Made by a program: the position numbers and the translations under genes. DNA of 62,416 nt, the filler included, from Hausera hauseri (taxonomy: Eukaryota): NCBI GenBank assembly GCA_046269625.1. It is 13 parts of 13 records of this genome, joined end to end, with 100 filler letters (N's around TTAATTAATTAA, not from the genome) between each part and the next. Parts side by side here need not be neighbours in the genome. Positions count along the whole stretch, not along the records: positions 1 to 5,710 come from JBJURY010201415.1; positions 5,811 to 11,449 come from JBJURY010215744.1; positions 11,550 to 15,570 come from JBJURY010813976.1; 10 more parts are not named here. One strand, written 5' to 3'. Of the stretch, positions 1 to 11,779 are shown piece after piece. Below the pieces are notes generated by a model. It was not told the origin of the DNA. It made no database searches and saw only the letters and a program-made list of their open reading frames with translations. The first letter of the stretch is position 1. The number at the start of each line of letters is the position of its first letter.

Positions 1-755
1 TATCAATTCGAAAAGCCGAGGAAAGTTGCACGACCAAAACCAGTAAATTCACAAAATAGAACTGAACAATTCCTGTATTGTTAATTGATTTTGACTTTGA
101 TAATGTAAAGGAAATTGACACTGACTAAAAACGCAATTAGGAATGTAACTTGTACCAAGTTTTACACAATTAATTGACAACATCAAATTGAATATTCGTA
201 GCAAAATGTCTGAATATACGTTTTAAATCAAATGGCTGCAATAATTAAAAAAATGCAAATCAAAAACGTAAATAATTGTGTAATCGACGTTTTCAGGAAT
301 TGTCGCGAATCGGTACCATTTTCCCATTTAATTTGTACGTCAGTTACGTAGAAAACTGGCGCATTTATTACAAACCACGTAATCGCTGAACAGAGGATGA
401 AGATTTTTACGGTTTAATACGTTGTTAAATATAATCCAGGAAATGTGGTGATTTTCGGATTCCGANNNNNNNNNNGATGTGTAAAATTACTTTGACAATA
501 AAGTTGGACTTGAGGAATATGAAATATTTTATGGGTAATGCATGAGTTGTGAATTTGGTTTCGGTATTTGATGAGAACTACTTGGAGAGAATATAAACAA
601 AAGGTGACAGAAGTGAAATAATTTTTCATGGTATCGACAGAAAATAACAATTTCTGGAACTTAACCTATCCAAATCGTGTGCATTTTCAAAATCAAACCA
701 CATGGTATTATTCCGGTCGTAGTATGATGGTGTGTCTATATATTCAATCTTCCGG

Positions 756-868
756 TCCTCAAGGCGGAAAATCGGGGCCTGCCTATGCGCCCTACACGCC
801 GGCAGCGAAAAACCCGGCCGTGCTCAATCGAATGGGCCTGAGGGCAAACGGTCAACGCCGGCACCACA
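756..868 (+). repeat. GC-rich dispersed repeat, 5' part; second copy at about 5220-5330
   Basis: aggcggaaaatcggggcctgcctatg...cccggccgtgctcaatcgaatgggcc...ggcaccac matches aggcgggaaaccggggcctgcctatg...cccggccgtgcccaaccgaatgggcc...ggcaccac. Confidence 0.85.
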
Positions 869-1468
869 CCATCAATTTGTCCTAACAATGATGGATCGCG
901 CATCTCATTGGCCTGAAACTGTTCCTTTGAGCTCCATTAATATAGACTCTATAGTTGATGTCTTCATAAGGATTACGATTAGCCGGTTCGGTTTACCACT
1001 TTACACAATTACGGACCAATGTCCTCAATTAGAATCAAACCTATTCAAGTCTTTAGTTAATCAATTGGGCATAAATTACACACATAACTCTATATCATTC
1101 CCAGTCGAACGGCTTATTGGAACGTTTTCATCGCACTCTTAAAATCTCTAAAAATCCTAGCCGAAACACATAATAACTGGACTACCATCCTTCCGTTCAT
1201 ATTACTTGGGTGGCGCAACACACCCTTTACTACCACTGGTTGTGCACCCGCTGAAGAACTTTTCGGCACACAATTTGCGCACTTTTTGAATTAACCGATT
1301 TGGACAACACATCGACTGACGAAACCATTAGGTCTGCAAAAAATAATTTCGCCCGGTACCTGACTCACTAGTTAACGCAAAGCTCGTGCGGTTAAAAAAT
1401 CTTTCATCATCGGGATTCTATCAACACTAAGACCATTTAAAGTCCTCAGTATTACCTCACACACGGTA
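869..1468 (+). pseudogene. Ty3/gypsy integrase core fragment (CHCC-Gag family), frameshifted, with an internal deletion
   Basis: HQFVLTMMDRASHWPETVPL...ISRFGLP..ITDQ..ESNLF...ERFHRTLK; colinear with 16940-17595. Confidence 0.9.
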
Positions 1469-1469
1469 A

Positions 1470-1785
1470 CTTTAGGAGTTTTTGCCTTTATGGGGGCCAT
1501 AACTCTGTCCCATAACCTCGTGGCGCCAGAACAATAAAAAAACAAGGAAACTAAAAAATAAATGAACAAAAGTGGCCAATTGTTGGAACATTAATTTTTA
1601 TAACAATTGCCATCCGCTGAGACATACGACTCCTCGATAGTGGATCGAGACGATCCGAATCTACGAAGTCGATGTGGACGGGCTCGAATGTCGTCCGAGC
1701 TGGAGCTCAACGTCCGTGTCCGCAGTGCTTTGATGGTACGGCGTCCTGGAATTAACTGACTCTCCGAGGGAGCCAGGGATTCGTA
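1470..1785 (+). repeat. Duplicated segment, close match to 5395-5710
   Basis: Long shared blocks, e.g. ggccataactctgtcccataac and gccatccgctgagacatacgactcctcgatagtggatcgagacgatccgaatc...gggattcgtaa. Confidence 0.95.
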
Positions 1786-2349
1786 AAAGCGATCAGTTGC
1801 CGCCATCAGTCTCAGGAACACTGGCAGAAAAACCGACGAGTCGAACAGACGTCGATTTTCCCCGTCCTCATAGAACCGATGGAGCGTTCCCACCGGTAGA
1901 GAGTAAGGGTCGTTTCGCTCCAGCCTGGTTAATTGCCGCACGAAGCGGCTTCGTTGCAGTAGCTCCCGTACCGTTAGAAAGTCCGAATGGGACCGGTATG
2001 GGGTTCGCTTGCCGGTGTTGCGGCGTTGTCTATCTCGGGAGACGGTATCTCTCCGGGTCATGCACGGCTGGTCAGTCTTGACTGTCGAGGCTTGGATGGT
2101 GTCTGGGTCTCGCGTCGTTGTCAAATTTGGTTGGGATCGTTTGGGGATCCGGTAGTTCGGGGCGAGCCGCATATTCATTTCGTGGACGGCGGCGCCGACT
2201 AGTATGGCCTTCGCACCTTCCTTGGAGATGGTTTCCCCTAGTATCGGTGCCTTGGTTAAGCACAATTGCTTTGTGCCATAGCTGTTGGTTGTGGAAGGCA
2301 TCTCGTCGTTGCCGCTGGTCGAATCGTTCATTTTATGACTTTCTGGCAT
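1591..2349 (-). CDS. Hypothetical Arg/Ser/Thr-rich 252-aa protein; 3' end duplicated at about 5515-5710
   Basis: Uninterrupted ATG ORF in a GC-rich island within AT-rich DNA; no recognisable motif. Confidence 0.4.
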   Translation of the reverse strand: MPESHKMNDSTSGNDEMPSTTNSYGTKQLCLTKAPILGETISKEGAKAILVGAAVHEMNMRLAPNYRIPKRSQPNLTTTRDPDTIQASTVKTDQPCMTRRDTVSRDRQRRNTGKRTPYRSHSDFLTVRELLQRSRFVRQLTRLERNDPYSLPVGTLHRFYEDGENRRLFDSSVFLPVFLRLMAATDRFYESLAPSESQLIPGRRTIKALRTRTLSSSSDDIRARPHRLRRFGSSRSTIEESYVSADGNCYKN

Positions 2350-3882
2350 TCTGGTCCTTGTATATCTTTTCTTTTTTTTTCCTTTTTGAATATTTATCTA
2401 CTGACTTTTAACTGTGGATTTAAAGAAATGAGCTTAAATCCGCACATTTTGTTTCGTGACTTTTTGTTGGCTACAAGTGCTGATTGTCCCAGCACTTGCA
2501 ATGCCCTATTTGCTTTTCAATTTATTTATATTTTTTATGTTGTTTCGTATAGGGGAAATTTTTTCGTGTTTACCGAATCCGTGATTTTGTTTTTCATATT
2601 TGATTTAGTATTTTGTGTTTATTTTAGATGAATCCGTGATATTAACTGATTTAGTTTGACTTAAATAAATTAAGTATAAATTTTTTAATGTTTTTTATAA
2701 GGTGGAACATTATAAGGCTCCCCGCCTGAAAAAATAAAAATTAAAAGCACTTGTTAATTGTTAAAGCAATTTTGTAATGGAATTTAAATTTGGCATTAAC
2801 AATAAAAGTTAAGCGATTTTCTCCATGCATTTCAAACGTAATTTGCTTTCTTAATCGCAGTTGAGAAGTGTAATTTAAACTTTTCTTAGAAATTTGCTTA
2901 CACATTTACATTTTTACTCGTCTCTGGAGTGAAAGTTAAATTGTGTAATTTTAGCCCTTCCTAGAGCGTTTAATTTTTTTATCCATACCCACCAATTTTT
3001 TGTTTTATTTTCATTATTGCATGTATTAAACAAGAATGTTTTAACTGTTTGAAAATCGCACCAATTCAATCTTAATTTATTTTAATATATTGCATTTCCT
3101 GGTACTGAACAAATTTGGTTTGATTTGTTGCTAATTACGTCGTATGTAACATTAAGATAATTTCACGTGGAACTAATAATAATCTGAATGTTATCTTGAT
3201 TGCTGTCATCTGATGTGTGCGGTGTTTAAGCCGGAATGTTTTCAACGGCTGAGTTTAATGAAATGCCCGTTTTATATTTTTCGCACCGATGAATATCAAA
3301 ATGTATAAATTCAAAAAAATTAGATACAAAACTGAATAGAAACGAAATTCCGGTCTAGGAAATGATTGGCAAATGCAAAAGGTAAAAATTTCCAAATTTC
3401 ACAAAATAGATTTGTAAAATCCGCAAAATAAATTCTTAAAATTCAAAATAAAGATATCTACTGAAAATAATCAATATATTCGTATTTACATATACAAAAG
3501 TAAATAACCAATACAATATTTAAACAAAATCATTTTGTTATTTCAAACGTTTGCAAATTGATTGAAGCCGGTAATTGAAATGCTGTTGCATACGTGAAAG
3601 TATTCGGAATTTTGGGAGCTGTATCTTAAGATTTTGTTAGTATTTTCTGATTGATCAGAACACTCAACGCGATTTTTAGAATCATAAATAACCTCAGGAT
3701 AACTAGTCTGCTTCGAATTTTGATACGGATTTTTCCGGTATCTGTTCGTAACAACGTTTTGGTTTTTTGTAATAATTACGATTATTACTACTCTCTGAGG
3801 ATGGAAGAATTAAAGCCTAAGTCAAACCGCAGTTTGGATTAAAGTCACAATTATCGTTATTATCTAAGAAATCCAAATTTTC

Positions 3883-5112
3883 TCATAACTTGTCTGATAC
3901 TAAATCAAGAGCCGTGTGAATATTGCATGTGTATTTTCCTGAGTCGGTTAACTGAACGTTGAAAATATTCAGATTCCCGTTCTTAGTAATTTTAAGTCTT
4001 GTAAATATTGTCGTTTGGAAAAATGGGGAGTGCTTGAGGAGTTTCCCAGTAGAACTCAGCCTTTGTATTTTTAACATCACATTCAAGAGTAACATTAGCT
4101 CCTTCAATCACAATTTTTTTTCTATTGGTCATTTATTGCACCTTTTACACTCTCTTTAAGTTCTATATAAAACAAAGCCAAAAGTCTGATATCTTTCTGA
4201 TCCAAATAGCATCCGTAGTAACCCTGATTTTTCCTACTGAAAACTTTAATCTTCAGTAGGCTATTGTCTACGAGAAAGACAATATTTGCCATTTTATCAT
4301 TGGATAAGATCGATTTCATAATATTGTCACCATCTTTTGGACACAACAATTCGATGGTCTTTAATCTTAACTTTTAATTTTTGTAAATTTACTTTTAATA
4401 CATTGTTGTTTGAATCCAGAACCAACAACCACGAGTCACTAAATTACAATCGACCATAATCGTTTTCTGCTTCGCATTTATACCTTCCTGTATCGGATAA
4501 TCTCAAATCACTGATTTTTAACGACCATTCTGTTTGATTTTGTTGAACATTAAAACTACTCGAAAAGTAATATCTTTTTATTACGTCTTTCTGAGGTTTG
4601 ATTTTAGCTTTTATCAATTTATTGTTTTTCAACCATCTGACTTGGGGTTCTGGATTGCCGACTGGCGGTTGACATGAGATTGAAGCAGATTGTTTGACAT
4701 CTAGAACTTGAACAGATAACAGCTGGCTTATGAATGATTCTGACAAATATGACAAAGCCGTTTTAGCGGGAGAGCTTACAGTCCAGTCCATGTAATTGGA
4801 CGCGGTACAGTAAAATTCATACGTTTCTCTCGGCACCGGTTTGTTGACTTTCAAAATACCCAAATCGTTTATAACCTGGAGACCTCTGGTCTAATCATCT
4901 GCAACTGGTATATGATTAGCGATATTGTACCATATTATTCAAGGAACCGGATTGCCGATTGCTTCGCACGACAACTGAAGACTTCCAGATTTCGGGAAAA
5001 AATCTTTCGGTTGTTTGATGATCGTTACTGATTTGGGCATTTTGTTTCCAAATTATGATTTAACCATAATGTAGTTCGATAGAATTAGTAACATAACGAA
5101 CAGGGTCCGCAT
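3883..5112 (-). pseudogene. Ig I-set cell-surface receptor pseudogene, Robo-like (signal peptide + about 4 Ig domains)
   Basis: From ATG 5112: MRTLFVMLLILSNYIMVKS*FGNKMPKSVTIIKQPKD..LQLSCEAIGNPVP*IIWY...FYCTASNY...ISCQPPVGNPEPQVRWLKN...DTGRYKCEAENDYG; then GYYGC and NGNLNIFNVQLTDSGKYTC. CQPPxGxPEP resembles Robo Ig2. In-frame stops and frameshifts. Confidence 0.75.
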
Positions 5113-5219
5113 TACGGTTGCGTAATTTTGATTCTTTTAGAGAAAATAGTAAATCGCTTTCTGAAAAATGAATCGATTAAATTGTTTTAAAACGTTTCTG
5201 CTGTTAATAAGTCATTGCT

Positions 5220-5710
5220 GCCTTGAGGCGGGAAACCGGGGCCTGCCTATGTGCTCGACGCGCCCGCAGCGGAAAACCCGGCCGTGCCCAACCGAATGGG
5301 CCGGAGGACGACAATCGATGCGGGCACCACAGCCCGAACTAGTATGTACGCTTCTGTGCAAAAGGGACGTGTGTGCAGTTTTCGCTGCCACCATTTTAGG
5401 AATTTTTGCATTTTTGCAGGCCATAACTCTGTCCCATAACTTCGTGGCGCCAAAACAATAAAGCAACAAGGATACTAAAAAATAAATGAACAAAACTGGC
5501 TAATTGTTGGAACATTTATTTTTATAACAATCGCCATCCGCTGAGACATACGACTCCTCGATAGTGGATCGAGACGATCCGAATCTACGAAGTCGACGTG
5601 GACGGGCTCGAATGTCGTCCGAGCTGGAGCTCGACGTCCGTGTCCGCAGTGCTTTGATGGTACGGCGTCCTGGAATTAACTGACTCTCCGAGGGAGCCAG
5701 GGATTCGTAA
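5220..5710 (+). repeat. Second copy of the GC-rich dispersed repeat, without the gypsy patch; cut by the contig end
   Basis: Matches 756-868 and 1470-1785. Confidence 0.9.
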
Positions 5711-5810
5711 NNNNNNNNNNNNNNNNNNNNNNNNNNNNNNNNNNNNNNNNNNNNTTAATTAATTAANNNNNNNNNNNNNNNNNNNNNNNNNNNNNNNNNN
5801 NNNNNNNNNN
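5711..5810. other. Artificial contig-joining linker (44N-TTAATTAATTAA-44N), first of 12
   Basis: Identical 100-nt linker with stops in all six frames at 5711-5810, 11450-11549, 15571-15670, 19697-19796, 24288-24387, 28987-29086, 34041-34140, 38462-38561, 43931-44030, 48021-48120, 53849-53948 and 58133-58232. Confidence 0.98.
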
Positions 5811-5940
5811 GTGAAATGTGCAAAAATGTGCCTAGCAACGGTGCCTAACGGCACCGTTGCCTAGCACTTTATGGATCGATAGTGCACAATGTGCACTATC
5901 GATTGGCACATGTGCAAAATCGATTTATCGATTACCCCCC
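5811..5940 (-). repeat. Palindrome-rich repeat end (possible non-autonomous DNA transposon terminus); reverse complement of about 14907-15033
   Basis: Hairpins gcaacggtgcc-taac-ggcaccgttgc (5835-5860) and atcgatagtgcaca-a-tgtgcactatcgat (5875-5903); shared end GGTAATCGATAAATC(G/A)ATTTTGCACATGTGCCAATCG. Confidence 0.75.
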
Positions 5941-6311
5941 CCCCCCGGGGGTGGGCTAGAACCGCCATTTTCCCCCTACTCTGGCGATAGTTTGAAAATA
6001 GTTTCGGTAAGACCGCTGACTTCTGCAATTGAAGTAAACATTCTTTTACTGGTTTTTGACTGCACTCATTGATTGGTTGGATTGTTGTAGGTACGACGAG
6101 ATAAAACATCAAAAACGCGCCAATTCGTCGGCAATTTCAAAAGAAATAACAATAGAAGAGGAAACAACAAAATTTTATTTACAGGCAAAGCAAAAAAGAA
6201 AATAATCAAGGAAACACGACCTCTTTGGGAACAACATCACCCTCTTCCCGTGTCAAAGCAAAGACTAAAGAGGTAAAAAAATATAGAATGGGTAGAAACT
6301 ATATAGGCAGT

Positions 6312-9300
6312 CTAAGTGGTCTTTGTGTGGGTAAGACGTTGTACTCCTGCAGTGTTTATCTCCTTGCTGTAGGTACTAAAGGTGACTGCTTGTTGAGGTG
6401 ATTGAGATACAACAAAATCGGGTTTGGTCGTGTTAGGTGTTGAGTCATACAAGGACGGAGAAGGAAATGGGGAATAAAATGTAGGAGAAGAAGAAATTGT
6501 TAGGGTAGTAGAATTGGAGCCTGGAAGAGGTTCTGATAGAGAAATAGAAATATGGGTCGGCATTGGAATGGGTGCAGGTTATGGATGAACTGAAGAAGGA
6601 AAAGGTGGAGGAGTCAAAAAGGGGTAGAAGATTTAATTTGTGGGGTATAATTTACAAAAAAGCAGGCTTTACATTGTTGATATGTACAGCTAGTTCTTTA
6701 CCGTCTTTTGAAATAACTGCATTGTGGGAATACAATTGAACGAGTTTGTAAGGTTTCAAATACCGTGGTTGAAAACCGAACGGCGTCAGGTTTTTCAGCC
6801 AGACGAACTTTGCCGAGTATAAATCCTCCGGTAGGTACATTTTACTATTATTTATTATCCTGCATAATGAATCTTTACTAAATGATATAAAATAATCCTG
6901 TGCCGTTCGGATAGCTTCATCCGTAGGTGTGTCTTCCAAGGCAGTTAACTCAAATAATGAACGTACAGGTGTTTCGAAAAGGGCTTCCGTAGCTGAATAA
7001 CCAGTAAAAGTAGAAGGGGTGTTACGCCAACCCAGAAGATCCAGCGGAAGAAGACTAGTCCAACTGCTATTAAATTCTGCGAGAATTCTCAGTGACGTTT
7101 TTAGTGTTCTATGGAATCTTTCCAGAAGACCATTCAATTGGGGGTGTTACGGTGATGTATGTATATGGCTGATTCCTAATCGGTTAACAAGAGATTTAAA
7201 CAAATTGGACTTAAACTGAGTACCTTGGTCTGTAATAATGAATCTAGGGGATCCAAATTTGTTGATACAAGTACGTATGAAAATGTCTGCTATTGTGTCC
7301 GTGTTAGTGCTCCGTAGTGGGACAGCTTCTGGCCAACGTTAGGAACGATCCATTATGGTCAAAATGAACTGATGGCTATTGTCAGAAGGAAGAGGGCCAA
7401 CGAGATCAATATGAACAGACTAGAAACGTGATGTGCAAGGGAAATGATGCAGTAGTGGCTTCAAATGTTTGGTGATTTTAAATTTCTGGCAAGCAACGCA
7501 CTCATTAACCCATGCTTGCACATCAGAACGCATAGTCGGCCATATTACTTTCCGGTGGAGTAAGCGAAAAGTTGCCTTAGTGCCAGGATGGTGCAGTGAA
7601 TGTACACTGTTAAACGTTTGCCGTTATAAAGGTGGTGCGAAAATTATTACGGAATAACCTGGTTTGGAAGTGTCTAAAGCCACGCCGTCAACAATTGTGT
7701 AAGATTTAAAAGAATTAAGCATGTTCTAAAGTAGCTGGTACTGTTGTAATTGTATTTGAGAGAAGATTGGTGAAAAATTAATAGAACCAACCGTCCTAGA
7801 TAAGAAATCGGCAATTCAATTATTGACACCGTTAATATGTTTTATGTCGAAGTTGAAGGTCGACAGATATGATATTTGTCGTTCTTGGTGTGCGGAAGGA
7901 TGTTTCATAGACATAATATTGATTAGAGGTTTGTAATTAGTTTGGATAACAAAACTGCGAGCTGTGAGCAAGTGGGAGAAATGTTTTAAGGCCAAAATTA
8001 TATCCAATAGTTTTCGATCAAATGTAGAATACTTAGTATCTGGTGTGTTAATTTTCTAGAAAAAAATTCAAGTGGTTGGTTTTTGCCTTTGTATAACTGA
8101 TGTAACATAGCGCCTACCGCGTAGTTGAGGCGTCTGTGGTGAGAATAAGTTCAGCCTCCGTCTTAGGAAATGCCAGAATTTCTGCGGTTTTGATACCTTT
8201 TCGCAGTTTGTCAAGCTTATCAAGGAAATCGGGTATCTATTGGATAAGTTGATGTTTTTTTCACTGCTTAAATGTACAAAAGGCGCCGTGAGTTCCGAAC
8301 AATATGGGATATATTTGTGAACGAAATGTAAAGTCCCCATGAAACTACTCATTTCTGTGGTGGTTCTAGGTAGTTGTATGCTTTTGAGAGCTTTAAAATA
8401 TGTTCTGGCTGGGGAGAATAATCATTTGCTGAAATGATGTGGCCAAGAAAGTTAATACGTTTTTTGAAGAAGTGACATTTGGTAAAATTAATTTGTAAAT
8501 TATGGTGGTTAAGCCATTGAAAAATAAAACGAAGATGTTCTTCATGCTATCTGGTTGAAGACAAAGCAATCAGTACATTGTCCATATATGGATGCGCGAA
8601 AGTGAAATCCGAGAGGATGGAATCAATGTGACGTTGGAAATTCTGCGCAGCATTGCGTAAGCCAAAGGCATATAAATGTACTTGTACAAGCCGAAAGGTG
8701 TCGTAACGGCAGTTTTTTCGATGTCCATGGGTGCTACAGAAATTTGTTGATATGCCTTGGCTAAGTCTGCGGTTGAATATACTGTAGTGGAATTAAGCCA
8801 GTGCAGGATATCCTTAATTAATGGTAAAGGCTACGCATCCATAACAGTCAAAGTGATTAGTTAACGGTAATCACCGCTTGGTCGGAAGGATCCATCTTTT
8901 TTTGGACAACGTGTAAAGGCAAAGACCAGGGCGATTTAGACCTGCATACAATGCCGGAACGTTCAAGGTCTAGAAATTCCGCTTCAACAGCTTGCCTACG
9001 ACGAGGTGACAATAGACGTACCTTTTGACGAATAGGTCATTAATGGTGCGTTATGATGTGATGAAAAATGATGTTGATAGGTGTGAAGGTTCGATCTTTC
9101 TGAATTAAGAGGGAGCATGAAGTGTGTATGTATTACAAAAGATTTTTAGACAATTGCGAGAGATTGTGATGGTTGTGTTGTTGAGTCAATATGTGCAGTT
9201 ACTAAGGAAGTTTGCGGGTTATTGAAATCAAAAGGAATTTGGTGTAGTATAGTAGTATTAAAATGGTGTTCGAAGAAGTAATTTTATCTAATGAATGTAC

Positions 9301-9908
9301 TCAACCAACATAATCGTAGTTTTCAGAACCAAATCTCGACTGAATATCGATATTATCATTAAAAATATGCGAAATGAAAAATGCTTGTCGAAGAAGTTTG
9401 GATTACTTACAGGATTTTTGACTATAGACTTCCGCGGCAAGATCGTTTGCGCGTTAGCGGATATACTATTTATTTGCTCGGTAAGATATCAGGTAGTGTT
9501 ACCTTTCAAACATTGTTGTTTGCAATCAACTAAAAGATTATAGTGCGATAAGAAATCCGAACCTAGGATTGCTGTGAGGACGTTAGCGACGGTAAACGTC
9601 CAATGAAACGTGGGCTGGAAGTTTGGTAAGGTGAACAACAATTTATATGTACCGGAAATGTCTAGCGGTTCTCCTGAAGCCGTAAATAACGATTTGGCTT
9701 TGAATGGTGAATTTTGTAGAGGGAAGGTAAGTGGTAGCAAAGAAACCGCAGCGCCTGTGTCGATACGGAAATCTATGGATTGACTTGTTGGTGTGGTTAT
9801 CGAAGCCTTTAGTGTAAAGACTGCAAAAGAAGAGTGTCGGCAGGTAGTATTAGAGAAGTTACCTTTGCCAGACTCTGCCGTGAGTACTAGCGGCGAAATT
9901 AGTTTTTT
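6312..9908 (-). pseudogene. pol: Gypsy pol (PR-RT-RH-IN), many stops and frameshifts
   Basis: ORF pieces 9489..9740, 8068..8352, 7816..8007, 6652..7137 and 6312..6563. Confidence 0.9.
9899..9908 (-). promoter_or_regulatory. Putative -1 ribosomal frameshift site A AAA AAC TAA at the gag/pol junction
   Basis: X XXY YYZ heptamer just before the stop; pol is open in the -1 frame; same motif in the other copy at 38435-38444. Confidence 0.7.
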
Positions 9909-10900
9909 GAAAAAGGTGAAACAGGGCGGCTGTTAGAAGGGATGTATGTGTCTTCGTCATTTGGATGATGAGATTTGTTTTAAAAGTGCAACCAGGAATG
10001 CATCTGCGTGCGTTATGTCGGAATTTTGCATGATATATGCAAATGACATTATCTGTATGATATCTTTGATTATAAAATTTGCACCCTAGGTGGCATTTCT
10101 GTGCATTATTATTAAACCTACCGTGGTAGTAGCAAATCGATGATAGCCCAATTAAGGGTGAACGACCATGAGATACTGAACGGTTACGGTCACATGTGAA
10201 CCCCCCGTCGAGTCAATGAAATCTCGTTCACTTTGTTGTTAATATTACTTATTGTTGTTTGTAGGGCTACATTTTCGGCTTGTAGTTAATTTAACTGCTG
10301 TTCGAATGTAGCGTTGTTGATACTAACGGCTGCAGAAATGACTGGTTGGATGTGTACATTCAAAACCTAGTATGTTTTGTCTGCCAGTTCGGCCAGTTTG
10401 TCAAGCGTCGTCGATTCTTCGACGACGGTAAGTAAGGCCCTTATTTGTATGGGCAATGCGTTTAGGAAGTAGCGTCGCAAAAGATCTGAGTTATGTTGTT
10501 TAGTCACGCCAAGTGCTTGAAGTTGAACGAGTGAAGTTCTAAGAAAATCTGATGGTTTTTGCGTTCCCATAGCATTGTCGTTGAAGAACCAATGAATAAA
10601 TGTGTCCATAGATGGTTTGGTAAGCTTTAAAACGACATTGTAAAGATTGGTGTATGGATTTGGTTGGTGAAAGATGTCTAGCAAATCATGAATGGATGTT
10701 TTTACAGTTTTCGGTAAAAGACAAAGTAGGTTATGAGCTTTGGTTAGTGGATCAGTGATGTTGTTAGACTACAGCCAAAGTTTGTGAAAGCTAAGCCAGG
10801 TTTTGCTGGATTTTTCATGGTCGATAAAATACTCCGTGCACTGAGAAGTGTGTTTGGCTGGCGGGATGAAAGATGTATAACTGGTGAAAGTAGATAGTTT
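9899..10900 (-). pseudogene. gag: Gypsy gag with tandem CHCC motifs
   Basis: ORF 10367..10684 plus CYYHGRFNNNAQKCHLGC and CIYHAKFRHNARRCIPGC; after one decay indel the frame ends SPFSKN*. Confidence 0.8.
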
Positions 10901-11779
10901 AATTACGGTCGTTGCTCTCTGGTGAAAAGCAAAGTGTGATTGTTTAGAGGTGGTTTTGTCAGTTGTGTCAATGATGGGTGAAGAGTTCATTCCACCACGT
11001 ATGCGCAAATGTACATGGATAACTAGGTGTGGTGAAGGAGGAGAAAAAAATTGCGAACATTGGCATTAACCAGTGGTATATTATTAAGGGTTAAGTTAAA
11101 TCCTGAAAGGGCAGTAAAATGTTGTACATATTTGTGTATGTACAGTGAGTCAATATGGTATATCGTTTTGTGCATTAGTATTTGTGAATTATTTGATAAA
11201 AAGTAAAGCAAAAGAAATGTCACATGCCCTATTGGGTGGTGTGGCGATGGAATGAACCACGGTGTGGGACCCACTGATAAAATGACAGACGGTTGAATAG
11301 TCGGTCACGCTGTGATTCACTTGAAACTCGAGAGTATTGTTGCACGCATATAGACAGAAATCTGAACTATTGAGGTAAATGGGCCGTAAATGACTACCGT
11401 AACGGAGGGCTAAGTTTAAAAGGGGTGATGTTGTATCAACAATGGTATGNNNNNNNNNNNNNNNNNNNNNNNNNNNNNNNNNNNNNNNNNNNNTTAATTA
11501 ATTAANNNNNNNNNNNNNNNNNNNNNNNNNNNNNNNNNNNNNNNNNNNNCATGGCGCTCAAAGATGGTACGGCATGTAAATTGCCACGACGTTTTTTTAC
11601 CATTTTTATATAATCATAGTTATGCTTACAAACATGGTAAATATCAACAAATGTAACACTCAATCCTGGTTATGTTATTACAGTAAACATTTATTCGTAA
11701 GACATGCATACATTGGCGTCGTGTTGAACATCAACTAAATGCTAATCATAGTCCAAATCAACTGTATACCGATTTACTA

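Larger units (their letters stand above)
6236..11311 (-). mobile_element. Near full-length degenerate Ty3/gypsy LTR retrotransposon internal region (CHCC Gag, CsRn1/Kabuki-like)
   Basis: Gag (QKPSDFLR...FLNALP..LAELAD, two CHCC knuckles), then PR (IDTGAAVS), RT (DLAKAYQQI, YMDN), RH, IN (HSLHHPG..CVACQ, ITDQG, ERFHRTLK). PPT GGGAAGAGGG at about 6239-6248; decayed PBS-like GTGACCGAC at about 11300-11308. Confidence 0.9.

Noticed and set aside
5755-5766. Recurrent TTAATTAATTAA palindrome at roughly regular spacing
   Set aside because: Always centred in exactly 44+44 N; a synthetic six-frame-stop linker. ORFs ending in X..LIN are artefacts of it.
6050-6235. Expected 3' LTR of the long gypsy copy, to pair with 11312-11449
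   Set aside because: No similarity seen between the two flanks, so no LTR pair or TSD can be called
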